This document shows positions 13,820 through 27,690 of a stretch of 64,000 nt of DNA, piece by piece. The translations under genes and the position numbers were made by a program. The notes below the pieces were generated by a model, which was given only the letters and a program-made list of their open reading frames with translations, ran no database searches and was not told where the DNA came from. Source of the stretch: the human T2T-CHM13v2.0 reference genome, Homo sapiens. Location: the NCBI RefSeq assembly GCF_009914755.1, contig NC_060936.1, one strand, 5' to 3'. The first letter of the stretch is position 1. Each line of letters begins with the position of its first letter.

Positions 13820-14295
13820 GTAGAATCAATCCTCACTCCTTGACCATGTGCTTCAAGTTAAGCCAATCCCACCTCCAGCTGCAGAGGTGGGTACATGACC
13901 CAGGCATGGCCAATCCACCTATTTTATTATATGGCCACAGTTCTACCAGATCAAAAATGGTCATGGGCATGAGACCCAGTGTTCTTTAAACCTGGAAATA
14001 TTGTTGGAAGCACTAGAGAACAGAATCTTCCTTTTTGTGAACCTGAATGTGAAATGATGTAAACCTCTTAGCTGCTGCGGGTGACTATATAGAAATAATC
14101 CATCTGAGAATAAAGACAACATATGGGGATATCAGAAATAAGAGATGGAGAGTAACCAAATCCTAAGGAGCCTTTGGATCCAACTTAAAGTCATTATTAC
14201 CTCTTCTAGTTACTTGCCCACTACACTTTCCTTCAGTGGCTCAAGCAAGTTATATTTGGATTTCTGTTATTTGCAAACAGGCAAACAGAATGCCC
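13820..14295 (+). mobile_element. Old ERVL solo LTR (LTR33-like)
   Basis: 'ggtacatgacccaggcatggccaatc…ggatccaac…ggatttctgttatttgcaa'. Confidence 0.55.
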
Positions 14296-15279
14296 ACAAA
14301 TAGCTAGTGAGGGAATTCAGGTTATCCCTGCCAGATCTCACTACCTATCACACCTGTCCTACTCTGTTCCACCTGAATAATGATTCCTTTAGCTCAATGA
14401 CTGCAGTTCAAATGTGCCTCTCTAAAGGACTAATTCAAAAAAAAATATATTTCCTTCCATATTTTAATCTGAAAATTTAAAAACTTGAGGAAACCTCATC
14501 ACAGAGCCCTTTTGTAGCTGCTGAAAATTAGCTCCGGAAATGCAGCTGCTCTATCAAAACTGCTGATCTTCACCAGAGGTGACATTGGGTTCTATTTAGT
14601 AACCAGCTTTCCACACACTGCCAAACAAGCAGCAGGAGAACCTTAAATTTCCTTGAGAGCTCATCCATCAGAAGATATTCTGCCTTAACCACTGGAAGGC
14701 TAAGTTTGAAAACAAGATGTCTCCCTGGGGATAGGAAGGCTTTTGCACACTAATGTCCTTTTACTAGCCCTCTAGAATCTCCTCATTGCTAGTCCAGCTG
14801 ACGCTGGAAGCTGAGAAACTGAATTACTGCAGGGTAAAAAGGAGGGCACCATCTTTGAGACCAGCATGATTCTATGTTTTTTTTTCTTTCCAAGAATAAA
14901 GATGCTCATCTCCTGTTGATGATGCATGATGGACTTCTGGGGTTCTGGGAACCATCATTCATTGACAAAAATACAATTACTAATCCAATAAAAACAGGAG
15001 CCCACATATTAGAAAGATAGATCCCCAAAGATTACAAGAGAATCTTACTCTAAAAACCACATTTTCTGTCCTTCCTGTGAAGATGTACAAAGAAACTTGA
15101 GAAAGCTAGGAAAACATGTCTTCCTGCTATTTTTTTAACAAAGTATTTTACAAATACTTTGGAACAAGTCCACTACCAACTGATTCCTCTGATGGGGACC
15201 ATAGGGATGGCATTTTGGTACTAGCTCATAAGAACCTCCCCTAAGTATGTCCTGCACAACTACAAGGAATAACAGCTCA

Positions 15280-15525
15280 ATAATTCTCCATGGTTAAGAT
15301 TACAGGCTCTGGAGCCAGTCTTTTCAGATTGAATATATGATTGCTACACTCACTAGCTGAGTGGCCTTAGATGACTTTAATTAAACCATCTACACCTCCA
15401 TCTACATCTCCTTATCTATGGACTGTGAAAGGTGGTATTTTCTACCTCAAAGGACTGTTATGAGAATTAAATGGATCAACACTTGTAGCAGCTGGCACAT
15501 AATAAGTGTTAGCTATCAATATTCA
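15280..15525 (+). mobile_element. MIR SINE
   Basis: 'tggttaaga…caggctctggagccag…ctcactagctg…tgttatgagaattaaatg…ggcacataataagtg'. Confidence 0.8.
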
Positions 15526-16789
15526 CTGTTCAATCAGTGTTAGCTATCAATATTCATTAGAGTGTAAGCTCCCAACGGCAGAAACCATATCCATTCCATC
15601 TTTGTGACTCGCACAACATTTTATACACTTTCCTATACATTATATATGTTCAATCAGTATATCTAGATTAAAATCACTCAGTAAGATCAAGGGAAGACTT
15701 GGTTCACAGGATCTTAGAACTCAGGTCCAAGTCTCCACCCATTGCCAAATCTGTTTGACACATAAGCCCTTCTGCCTCTTTTTGAAGATTTTCAGTGATG
15801 TTAAGTCCGCTCGGGATTGTCCAACAAAGATTGGACAGCCACTCTTAGGGTTTATTTCACCTCTGGATTCATTCATTCCTATGTTCAAAGTACTGATTGA
15901 GCACCATATATATATCAGGCACTGTGCAAGCACAGAGGACACGTGATTAGTAAAGGGACATAGCCCAGACTCCGTGGGTCCTACAGTCAAGTAGAGGTTA
16001 GAAGATAGAGGTGAAGATACGAATATGGATGTAACATAGATGTATATGTAGTATTTACTGATGTAGTGGAGGTCAAGCACTGTGTGACCCTTTTACAAAC
16101 ATCATTTCATTCTCTCCCAAATTTCACTGGTATTGCATCATACGACATTTAAACTAGTTAATTATAATTTATTTATCAGTGCTCAGCCTCTCTGTAGATT
16201 TCCACCTGACAACAGTTTATTATCAGAAGACATGAAAGAGAGAAGAATAAAATAGAGAGGGAAAAATTTAACTTAACTTCATTGTCTTCCTCCAAATCTT
16301 TCTTATCTATGACTCCATTCAATACTGCCTGTAAAACCAGTGTATGGTGAGGACCATATACTGCCCCATAAAATTTGCACATGGGTCAAATACAAGAAGA
16401 AATTAAAGCAAAGACAAAAACCAATTGGCCTGGGAACCTCTAAAAGCCTAGATGTTCTCCAAAACACTTTCAAAGATTTCTTGGATGAGTGTCAGTTCTG
16501 CTTCATGGACTGTCATTAGAACAGATCTCTAGAAAGGGTAGCTCCGCGCCTCAGCATTGTCATTCCCATTTTACAAATGAGGAAACTGGGCTTGGGGAAA
16601 TTTAAGTAATTTTTCCCAAGATCAAATACATAGAAGATAGAACCAGGATTCGGACCAACATTATCTGTCTGAAAGCTTAACCAAAGAATTCAGTGGCTCT
16701 GCATTCTTTTTCCTTAAAGTAAGCTAAAAATGGTTCCTTTTTAACTTCCCCTGTTGAAATATAAAAAGCACAAACCTACTCCATCTTCC

Positions 16790-17620
16790 ACATGATGGCC
16801 CTTGAAAGACTTAAAAAGAGCTGTCAGTTCTCACTCTGTATGTTACCCCCAGGCTTTTTCTTCTCGGCATCAGGCTATACACTCTCACTTCCTTCAGGCA
16901 ATTCTACTGTGATTTGATTTCAAAAGCCTTCAGCCCATGGACACTCTTCAGCAGAACACAATCTGACTTCCCATTGTTCTGTTTATGACCTAGAAAGAAT
17001 TCTCTGTTGGAGTGACAGAGTGAGGGCTATCATCTGTTGCTCATTTTTGATGGAGACCAGTGTAAAAGAAATATCTCACATCACTCTGAAATCTGCTGTC
17101 AGAAAGCCAGTAGCACAAATGTGACAAGAAATGACAAGAGCCCCTCACCCTCAGTGTGGAAGGCGAGAGGGAGTGGTGGAGATTACAATGAGTTGGAGTG
17201 GTGGGGAGTGGAGAGCCTCTGTAGACAACTGGTCCACTCCAGATGATGATGACCGGCAGGAGTATGGGCGCAGGACAACCTGACCACATGGTGTTTCAAG
17301 AGGAGCTCGGAATCCAGATGTGAAATTAACAATGTTTGCATGCTGGAAATGGATTCAAATTTTAAAAAGTCAAACACACACACACAACCCTTCTGGACCA
17401 GATTTGGCATGAAGTACAGCAGCGTTGCCTGTGCTGGGACCATGCTCTGACTAATGCTGACGAAGATCACATCAGCCTCATGGCGACCTCTTCATTTGAT
17501 TCATTGGCTCTTACTATTTATAAAGATGCCAAGATTTTTTCACACAGATGTTGCTGTTATGCTGCATATTTTGAAATTAATGAAATCTTTCTTAAACTAA
17601 GAGTAGAACTTTTTATCCTT
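16790..17620 (-). mobile_element. L3/CR1 fragment interrupted by an old DNA-transposon relic (~17050-17436)
   Basis: Degenerate similarity to antisense CR1 on both sides of the interruption. Confidence 0.5.
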
Positions 17621-17756
17621 CTTCCACCTGCCAGACTAGGTTGAGGTTCCAGTCTCTGAAAATTATTTTATTCTCCCAGATTCTGGACTCTTTAACAATT
17701 GTGTCCTCTGTCTTCTCCAAAGTCATACCAATCCTGAGATCAAAACTGCAAGCCAA

Positions 17757-18195
<439 letters not shown>

Positions 18196-18472
18196 TCATC
18201 TGAATGGACCCCTCTCCTCAGCCAAGGGCATCCCAAAGTTGGTTCAGGCCATAGGGAAGCAGGTCAGACATGCCTTGTGATACCCTCCTCCCTTTTGGAA
18301 TTCAGGAAAAGCTGACCAGCATTAACATCAACACAAACCTTAAGTCTGATAAGAAACATTTATAATCTATTATTTTCGAAGCTTGATACCTGCAGGCTTC
18401 ATCTTCATGACAAATCTTTGACTCCTCTATTCCTTATCATAGTAACCAGACATTCCTTTCTGTTGATTTCAG

Positions 18473-18569
18473 GTTGCCATTGCTTTTGGTGTTTTAGATA
18501 TGAAGTCTTTGCCCATGCCTATGTCCTGAATGGTATTGCCTAGGTTTTCTTTTTTATGGTTTTAGGTCT
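18473..18569 (-). mobile_element. Captured L1PA ORF2 fragment
   Basis: 'gttgccattgcttttggtgttttaga…tgcccatgcctatgtcctgaatggtattgcctaggttttct' is L1PA antisense. Confidence 0.85.
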
Positions 18570-18624
18570 TTAGGATGGCCAGGGCAGGCGAGGGAGGGCA
18601 GGGTGGGACCAGACGGATGAACAT

Positions 18625-18759
18625 GGCTGGGCGCGGTGGTTCACGCCTGTAATCCCAGCACTTTGGGAGGCCGAGGCGGGCAGATCATGAGATCAGGAGT
18701 TCGAGACCAGCCTGGCCAACAGACCAGCCTGGGCAATATGGTGAAACCCCGTCTCTACT
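18625..18759 (+). mobile_element. Alu left-arm fragment without poly(A) or TSD
   Basis: 'ggctgggcgcggtgg…ccgtctctact' with an internal repeat 'agaccagcctgg(c/g)caa'. Confidence 0.9.
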
Positions 18760-21055
18760 CTTTCAAACAATTGCCAATTAGAACATTTTAAATCTACCTA
18801 TAACTTGGCCCCCCTCCCTTGACTTCGAGTTGCCATTGCCCTGCCTTTCCAGATCTAACCAATGTACATCTTCTAGGTATTGATTGATGTATTACGCCTC
18901 CCTAAAAAGCATAAAAGCAAGCCGTACCTCGCCAACCTTAGGCACTGGGAGCATCCCTAACTTTGGCAAAATAAACTTTCTAAATTGATTGAGATCTGTC
19001 TCAGATACTTTTGAGTTCACAAATGCTGATATTCTCTTCATATCACCACAGTTTTCATTTTTCCAAATTCACACTTTCTCCCTTCCCTATATCCCAATCC
19101 ACAGAATTTCCTCAGTCCACACTTTTCTTGCAGAAGCTCCATAAGATCCTTGCTATCTGTGGAGTATCCTCCTTGGGGATTGCTCGGCATTTCCTGAACT
19201 GACATGAGTGAAAATTCCACAGACTGGGGAGTGCTCCAAAAGGTGCTACTGAGGGTTCACACTGTCCTCAATGACCTGGCATATCACAAAGTCAACGCTA
19301 AGGAAAGCACATCTTTGAGGATGAGTCCATTCCTCGAGGAGTCCTGGCAACATGCATCATTAATATGGGCAGTACACCTTGGAAAACTACAATACATCTG
19401 ATTTATTAAGTCCCCTCAATTTATACAGGCCAGGAGTTGAACAGAACCTGGACCTAGAATGGTGATGAAGCAGCCTCCATGTTTGGTGATTTGCAAACTC
19501 AGTATGTTCTCCTGGAGATCAAGCTTCAGTTTTCTGTCAAGAAATTCCCATATTCAGGTAGCTACAACAGTGACCATGCAGCACATAACTCCTGTTTTCC
19601 AAAGTGACGTATCTGTCAGGTTGGGGAGAGGGTATTCAGTATGTTTCTGTAGAATGGAGACAATTAAGTACAGTGCATAATGGAATCCAACTCTCCAAGA
19701 GCTTGGATTTGCCTCTCTTAGGGTGGAATCTCGAGGGCAAGAGATTGAGGTCTCTACCTTGTGGGGCTCCACACCAGGCTCTCTGGAGAGGACCTGCAGA
19801 GGCAAGTCATTTGTTTGGTCCATAGTAGCATCAGCCTGCAGATACAGTCTTTCTCTAAACACCACAATTCTTGGCTCCTTTGGTAATAACGAATGCTATG
19901 GCAACGCTAAATAATGAATATCGTCAGAGGCAACCGAGGAAAATGAGTCATCAATTTTATTTTGTTCCTGAGCAGATGATTGCCTGTGACTTGGCTCAGA
20001 CCGTTTTAAACTCCAAATATTTAAGGCCCTTGATTTGTTTAATTAAACCTGCCAGGAGCCCCAGAACTGCCAGGAGCCTCAGCACAGGGCTGCATAAAGT
20101 TGTTAAGCTATTTCGCCTTCTATCTCAGGAAAAATTAACTTCCCAAGCCCAGGAAACAGACTGTATAAAATTTCTGTTTCCTCAGGATTATTATCATTAT
20201 TATTTTAAAAATTATACTTCACAGAAACAGCATTGTTTCTTTATGGAAACCATATCTGGCTTAAGGCACAGCCTCCCTGGAAGCCTTCACCAAGCTGTGA
20301 TCTAAAACATGAACAAATCAACTGCTCTCAGATCTGCTCTACCATGGGAGAATACCCTAAAGGCTTTTCTGCCTACCATGAAGTTCTTAAGACTGAAACC
20401 AAGTTTCACTGAACCTCTAAACAGGAGCCAGTGGAATGGCATGAAGGACTTAGCTTAGCATTATTGTATTTATCTAAAATGAATGAATAGATTGAACCTG
20501 GAGGTTCTCTTAGCAACTTAAAGGAGAAAAGATGATTCTAAAATTTTAAATCCTTTCTCCATGAGGTCTTTGTTAGAAAAAAAAGAAAATAGGTGGGAAC
20601 ACTAAATTGGGTTGTTCAGACACCTGCAAAGAACAAGAAAACAAAAATGGGCTGATTTCTGGCTGAATTTAGGACCATAAATCCAGCTAATTGGAATAAT
20701 AATAAAAAAAAGCAGCAGAAATGTACCATGGCTCAATTTCCTCAATTTTGATTAACCTAATATAAGGATTAACCAGTGGATAATATTATATTAGGTTAGT
20801 TGTCACATGGATGAATGTTTTTTAATAGTCATTGAGTTTCATGCATATAGGGAGTGAGGGAAGGAAGGAACATAGAAGGGAGGGAGGGAATTCTTTTTGC
20901 TGGAGATTAAAGGTCAGGGATTCCCCTTTCAAGGGAGAGGGAAGCAGCATCGCCTGCTGCAGCCGCCTGCTGATTCCAGGGAGTCTCTGCGGTCAGCTGT
21001 TTCCTCCTTCATGAGGTCATTCTGGTTTCCAGCCCTTTAGAGCATGGGATGCTCA

Positions 21056-21283
<228 letters not shown>

Positions 21284-22054
21284 CTAAACAGGAGAGGAGA
21301 GGGCTCAGATCAGCAAATGCGCACACCACCGGGGCAAGAGGGAGAGGGGTGTCCACCAAGCTCCCTACTGCCTTCATTCTCATTCTGTAATTTAGACAGT
21401 TGTCCAGAGGGATGAAGCCACGAAGCACACACAAAATGGAAGTTTCCAAACAATTGGATGGCATTCCATCCCAGACTGAGATATCAAACCTGATGGTTGG
21501 TTGGAATGTCTTCTCAGTACCCAGGTGCAGGGTCATTCTCCCTCTCCCTGACCTCCTCTCCCTTACTCCACCCCCCGCCGCCCTCTGTCTCACAGACTCA
21601 CACATAGCACACGAGTTCCTTTCAGTATTTTCAAATCTTGGCTCAAGGATCATTTGGGAAGTGACTACCTATTTTCTGGACTTATTAACATAGTGAACAT
21701 AGACTTCATTGTGTTTTTAAATTAGGAAAGACAACAGCAGAAACAACAAAAGAGCACTAGTCGAACATTACAAATCTCTGCACACCCAAGCTGACTGCCA
21801 CACCCCATCTCCTTGACACCTCCAGAACCCCCAGAGATCTCCCTCCAAACCCAGGTACTTCTACATACAAAGTGGTTAGTTTATTTCTTCCTCTGATGAT
21901 CTCTTCGGGGTTCTGTAGTTTTTATCATGATAATTTATCTCAAATCTGTCTACATCCTTCATCCACTCTACCAACTCCCACATTAAGCCATAATCTCTCA
22001 CGTGGACAACTGATTTCTCTGTGTCTCCTTACAACCAAGATGTTCTTTTAAATA

Positions 22055-22100
22055 TTTACATATATACATACATACATACATATATATACACACACATATA
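22055..22100. repeat. (TA/CATA)n microsatellite
   Basis: Direct observation. Confidence 0.85.
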
Positions 22101-23354
22101 TATACATATATATATATAATTCAGATTATTTATTTTAGCTGAAAACAAGTTAAAAGCATTCAGCTTCTCATAAGGTAAAATCCAAACCTGCTGACATGGA
22201 GTGATGCATCCTCAGCCCCCCTCTCTAGCTCTGTCTTGCTCCCTTCTCTCTGTCCATCACTGCAGTCTTCTTAGTTCTTCCAACAGCACAATCTAAATTC
22301 TGTCTTCTGAGCCTTCAAATGCAGAGCCCTCCACCTAAACACACCTGGCTGTGCTTTCATCCTTCAGATCTCTGCATGTATGTCCACTGCTCAGGAAAAG
22401 GACGTGTCTGTCTGCTCTTGGTGTGAGTTAAGACACTCTTATTACTAGGTTTCAAGGTATTTCCCTGCATGGTTGTTACCAAAATTATAATTATATAATA
22501 ACTTTTATGTTTATGATATTTACCATTTAGACACAATAGACTCTACACTCCACAAGGGCATGAGACATCTCTGTGCTGAAAACCCAGGATGATATCTGGT
22601 GTGTGAAAAGCAGAGCAGTAGACAGGGCACATGTATGGGCTCTGGGAATGAGAACGCCTGGTTTTGAAATCAGCCTGCCCTCTGTTTCAGTGAAGATTGT
22701 GTGTATGTGTGTTGGGGGTTGGGGGATGAACATAAGAGATTACATTTTGGCCTGTGTTCTCTGCATTCTTGTGCCCTTTGCTTCTCCTGATTCTGGTGAC
22801 CCTGTTGATTTACATGTCCAAGCCCTGACAGTAAATCACAATTATAAAAGCGTTTTCTCTAACTCCTTCTTTGTGCTTTACAATGACCACTTCAGCAAAG
22901 CTCTGCTTAACTACAACTGTTATTTTGTTACCTTAAATAAGTTTACTTATATGGCTAAATTAAAATTTAATAAAGCTTCAAGTTGCCACAGAACCAGCAA
23001 GCAAATGACAGCTGTTCAATAAATTTAAAACCTAAACCTGATTAGATGGCCACATTGAGAGAAATACTCCAGAGGAAAAGCATAGAACTATTGAAACTCA
23101 AGTCCACGTTAATGCCTTATTTAAACATGAATAAACTCTTTTGTGGGGTTTTGCTGTGAATTGGCTGGTGCCTTGGTGACTGCAGTGAGCAGTGAGAGTC
23201 TTAGCTGTAGGCTCCGGCTGCCTCCCAGTCCTTTGGTCAGGCCCCATGGATGGACAGATGAATGGATGGATGGATAGATGGAGACGGAGAGAGGCAGAGC
23301 AGAGCAAGATGGAAGGAAAACCAAAGCAGAAAAACAGATGAAGAAGGAGGAAGG

Positions 23355-24369
23355 TATCGGGGAACCCACCCCCAATATTTCAACGTAGGTTCTTTCTATT
23401 TTCCATAAGTGTCAGCCAGCTGAGAAATAAAGAGAAAGAGTACAAAGAGAGGAATTTTGCAGCTGGGCCACCGGGGGTGACATTGCATATCGGTAGGACC
23501 ATGATGCCCATCCGAGCCTCAAAACCAGCAGGTTTTTATTAAGGATTTCAAAAGGGGAGAGGGTGTACAAACAGAGAGTATGTCACAAAGATCACATGCG
23601 TCAAAGGGCAAAAAGCAGAACAAAGATCAAGATCACATGCTTCTGAGGAAATAGGACAAAGGGCAAAGGCAGACTCCTGATAAGGGTCTATGTTCAGTGG
23701 TGCACATATTGTCTTGATAAACATCTTAACAAAAAACAGGGTTCGAGAGCAGAGAACCGGTCTGACCAAAAATTTACCAGGATGGAGTTTCCCAATCCTA
23801 ATAAGGCTGAGGGTACTACAGGAGACCAGGGCGTATCTCAGTCCTTATCTCAACCGCATAAGACAGACACACCCAGAGCGGCCGTTTATAGACCTCCCTC
23901 CAGGAGTGCATTCCTTTCCCAGAGTATTAATATTAATTTTCCTTGCTAGGAAAAGAATTTAGCAATATCTTCCCTACTTGCACGTCCATTTATAGGCTCT
24001 CTGCAAGAAGAAAAATATGGCTCTTTTTGCCTGACCCCACAGGCAGTCAGACCTTATGGTTGCCTTCCCTTGTTCTCTAAAAATCGCTGTTATTCTGTTC
24101 TTTTTCAAGGTGCACTGATTTCATATTGTTCAAACACACATGTTTTACAATCAATTTGTACAGTTAACACAATTATAGTGGTCCTGAGGTGACATACATC
24201 TTCAGCTTATGCAGATAACAGGATTAAGAAATTAAAGTAAGACAGGCGTAAGAAATTATAAGAGTATTATTTGGGAAGTGGTAAATGTCCATGGAATCTT
24301 CACAATTTATGTTCCTCTGCTGCGGCTCCAGCCAGTCCCTCCATTCGGGGTCCCTGACTTCCCACAATA
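23355..24369 (-). mobile_element. MER11A (HERVK11/HML-8) solo LTR, full length
   Basis: Reverse complement starts 'tattgtgggaagtcagggaccccgaatggagggac' and ends 'aatattgggggtgggttccccgata'; GGAAGG on both flanks. Confidence 0.92.
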
Positions 24370-24452
24370 GGGAAGGAGAAGGGGTGAGAGAGAGAAAGCA
24401 GATATCCGTATAAAGAGACCATATAAGCTTAAATGATTCAGAAATGGACAAT

Positions 24453-24453
24453 C

Positions 24454-24486
<33 letters not shown>
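24453..24486. repeat. (GA)n microsatellite
   Basis: Direct observation. Confidence 0.9.
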
Positions 24487-24929
24487 ACAGCTGGGAAATA
24501 AACTGAGGAAAAGCATAAGGATAGAGACACTTAGTGAGAAGGAAATGGAGAAAGTCAGAGAGCTACGCAGGCAGCGACAGGGAGGCAGCCAGGCTGAAAA
24601 TGGCAGGTGGAAAATCAGAGGTAGCAAGCAAACAAGAACAAAGAAATGGAGAGAAAGGTCTTGACATCTCACAAGTCAGAGACCTCGGTGCTCTGAAAAA
24701 ATTGAATAGCCTTTGGCTTCATGAAAGGAATGCAGGTGCAGTCAAAGCCTATTGATGGGTGTGTTCTGTGATTGTTCAGCTGAAGCTGAGGTAGCTCCGG
24801 CCCATTACTGAGGCTCCTCTTCATAATGACAGGACACTGGGAAGAGCAACCCCCCAAACGAGGAGCACCTCAGGGATTTGCTACAATGTCATATCCACCG
24901 AGATTTTCTGTTGGCCACAGACTCAGGGG

Positions 24930-27270
24930 GCTAATCTGTCTCATAAACATAGATGCAAAAGTCCTCAACAAAATGTTAACCAAATCCACAAAGTATAAAA
25001 AGAATTATACATCACAGCCAAGGGGAATTAATCCTAGGTATGCTTGTCTGGTTCAACATTAAAAAATCAATTAATGTAATACATTACAATAGGTTAAAAA
25101 AGAAAAAATATCACATGCTTATAGCAACAGATGCAGAAAAGGCATATGAAAAAATTCAACACTCGTTCATAATTTGCATACAAACACAAAAATACTGTTG
25201 GTATACTAGGAATAGAGGGGGATTTCCTCAACTCAATAAAGAATATATACATAAAACCTATAGCTAACATTATACTTAATAGTGAGAAACCAGAAGCTTT
25301 CCCCCTAAGATCAGGAACAAGGCAAGGATGCACACCCTCACCACTGCTTTTCAGTTTCATACTGGAATTTCTAGCTAGCACAGTACGAAAAGAAAATGAA
25401 ATAAAGGAAATCAGATTGGGAAGGAAGAAGTTAAACTTTGTTTACAGATGACACAATTATCTATGTAGAAAATCTGAAAGAATCAACCAAAAGTGAACAA
25501 AAAAGAATACTGGAACTAATAGGCAATTATAATAACGTTGCAGGATATAAGGTTAATATACAAGTTTCAGTAAGTTTCCTACAAACCAGCAGTGAACAGG
25601 TGGAATGTGAAATTAAAAACATAATACTATTTGCATTAGCACCCCAAAAAATGTAATACTTGGGTACAAATCTAACAAGATATGTATGAGATCTTTATGA
25701 GGAAAACTGCAAAATTTTGATGAAAAAAAGAACTACATCAATGGAGAGATATTTCATGTTCATGTACAGAAAGATTCAGTATTGTCAGGATGTCAGTTCT
25801 TCTCAACTTGATTTGTAGATTTAATGTAATCCCAATCAAAATGCCAGCAAGTTATTTTGAGGATATCCACAAATTGATGCTAAAGTTTACATGGAGAGGC
25901 AAAAGACCCAAAATAGTTAACACAATATTGAAGGAAAAGAATAAAGTTGGAGAACTGACAATACTTGACCTCAAGGGTTAATATAAAGCTACAGTAATCA
26001 AGATAGTGTGGTATTGGCAAAATAATAGACAAATAGATCAATAGAACAGATCAGATACCCAATAAATGGATACACATCAATATAGTCAACTGATCTATGA
26101 CAAACAAGCAAAGGAAATACCATTAAAAATGATAGTCTTTTCAATAAAAGTTGCTCGAACAACTGAGCATCCACATGCAAAAAATGAATCCAGACACAGA
26201 CTTTACACCCTTTTTAAAATTAACTCAAGATGAATCACAGACCTAAATATAAAATCCAAACGTATAAAGTTCCTAGAAGGTAACACAGAAGAAAATCAAC
26301 ATAATGTTGGGTTTGCCTATGACTTTTTATATATAACACCAAAGGAATGATCCAAGAAAGAAAAAGTTAATAAAATAGACTTTATTAAATTTTTTTTAAA
26401 AATCTGTTCTGTGAAAGACACTGTTACGGGAATAAAATAATAAGCCACAGACTGGGAGAGAATATTTGCAAAATGCCTGTATGAAAAAATATTATTGCAC
26501 AAATTATACAAAGAACTATTAAAACTCAAGGATAAGAAAACAACCCAATTAGAAAATGGGCCCAATATCTTAAAAGACACCTCACCAGAGAGGATATACA
26601 TATGTCAAATAAGCACATGAAAAGATTTTCCACATCACATGTCATCAGGGAAATGAAAGCAAAAGCAACAATTAGATACCACTTCACACCTATTAGAATA
26701 GCAAAAATCCAAAACACTGGCAACACCAAATACTGGTGAGGATGTGGGGCAATAGGAACTCTCATTTATTGCTAGTGGGAATGAAAATGGTACAGCCACT
26801 TTGGAAGAGAGTTTTGTGGTTTCTTACAAAGCTAAACATTTTCTTATCATATAACCCAGCAGTTGTGCCTCTTGGCATTTACCCAAAGGAGTTGAAAATG
26901 TACGTCACAGAAAAACCTACAGGGATGTTTATGGCAGCTTAATTCATAATTGCCCAAACTTGGAAGCAATCAAGGTGTCCTTTGGTAGGTGAAGGGACAA
27001 ATAAACTGGTATATCCGGACAATGATAATGAGCACTAAAAGGAAATGAACTGTGAAGCCATGTCTCCAAGTATGGACGAAACGATGCATATTACTAAGTG
27101 AAAGAAGCTAGCCTGGAAAAGCTACATAACATACAGTTCCAAATATATGATGTTCTGGAAAAGGCAAAACTATGGAGACAGTAAAGAGATCAGTGGTTGC
27201 CAGGGGTTTCAAAAAGGAAGGGATGAAGAGGATGAGCATAGAGGATTTTTAGGGCAATGAAAATTAATAC
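24930..27270 (+). mobile_element. L1M (L1MC1-like) ORF2 and 3'UTR, degraded
   Basis: ORF2 remnants ([34 protein letters not shown]); 3'UTR 'ctggaaaaggcaaaactatggagacagtaaa'. Confidence 0.9.
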
Positions 27271-27338
27271 AACTCTCATTTCCTTTCCTGAATCATAGTA
27301 CTTATTAGCCTATAAATCTTAGGAGGACTCAGAGCTTT

Positions 27339-27690
27339 TGCATTAGTCCATTTCACGCTGCTGATAAAGACATATCAGAGACTGGGTAATTTACAAAAGA
27401 AAGAAGTTTAATTGGACTCACAGGTTCACGCAGCTGGGGAGGCCTCACAATCATGGCAGAAGGCAAGGAGAAGCAAGTCACATTTTACATGGATGGCAAG
27501 AGGCAAAAAGAGCTTGTGCAGAGGAACTCCTCTTTTTAGAACCATCAGATCTCATGAGACTTACTCACTATCAGGAGAACAGCACAGGAAAGACTTGCCG
27601 CCATGAGACAATTGCCTCCCACTGGGTCCCTGCCATAACACGTGGGGATTCAAGTTGAGATATGGGTGGCGACACAGCCAAACCATATCA
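27339..27690 (-). mobile_element. THE1 (A/B) MaLR solo LTR
   Basis: 'tgcattagtccatttcacgctgctgataaagacata…cagccaaaccatatca'; perfect 5-bp TSD GCTTT. Confidence 0.92.

Noticed and set aside
17430-17635. TMEM132 exon-4-like words (IFVS…MVP; WQVE)
   Set aside because: Wrong order relative to the intact exon and better explained as L3/CR1 sequence.
20049-20080. Short tandem duplications (also ~39570, ~45800, 55680-55723)
   Set aside because: Ordinary slippage duplications with no further structure.
24826-26942. Several reverse-transcriptase-like ORFs
   Set aside because: Fragments of a dead L1 ORF2, not a novel RT system.
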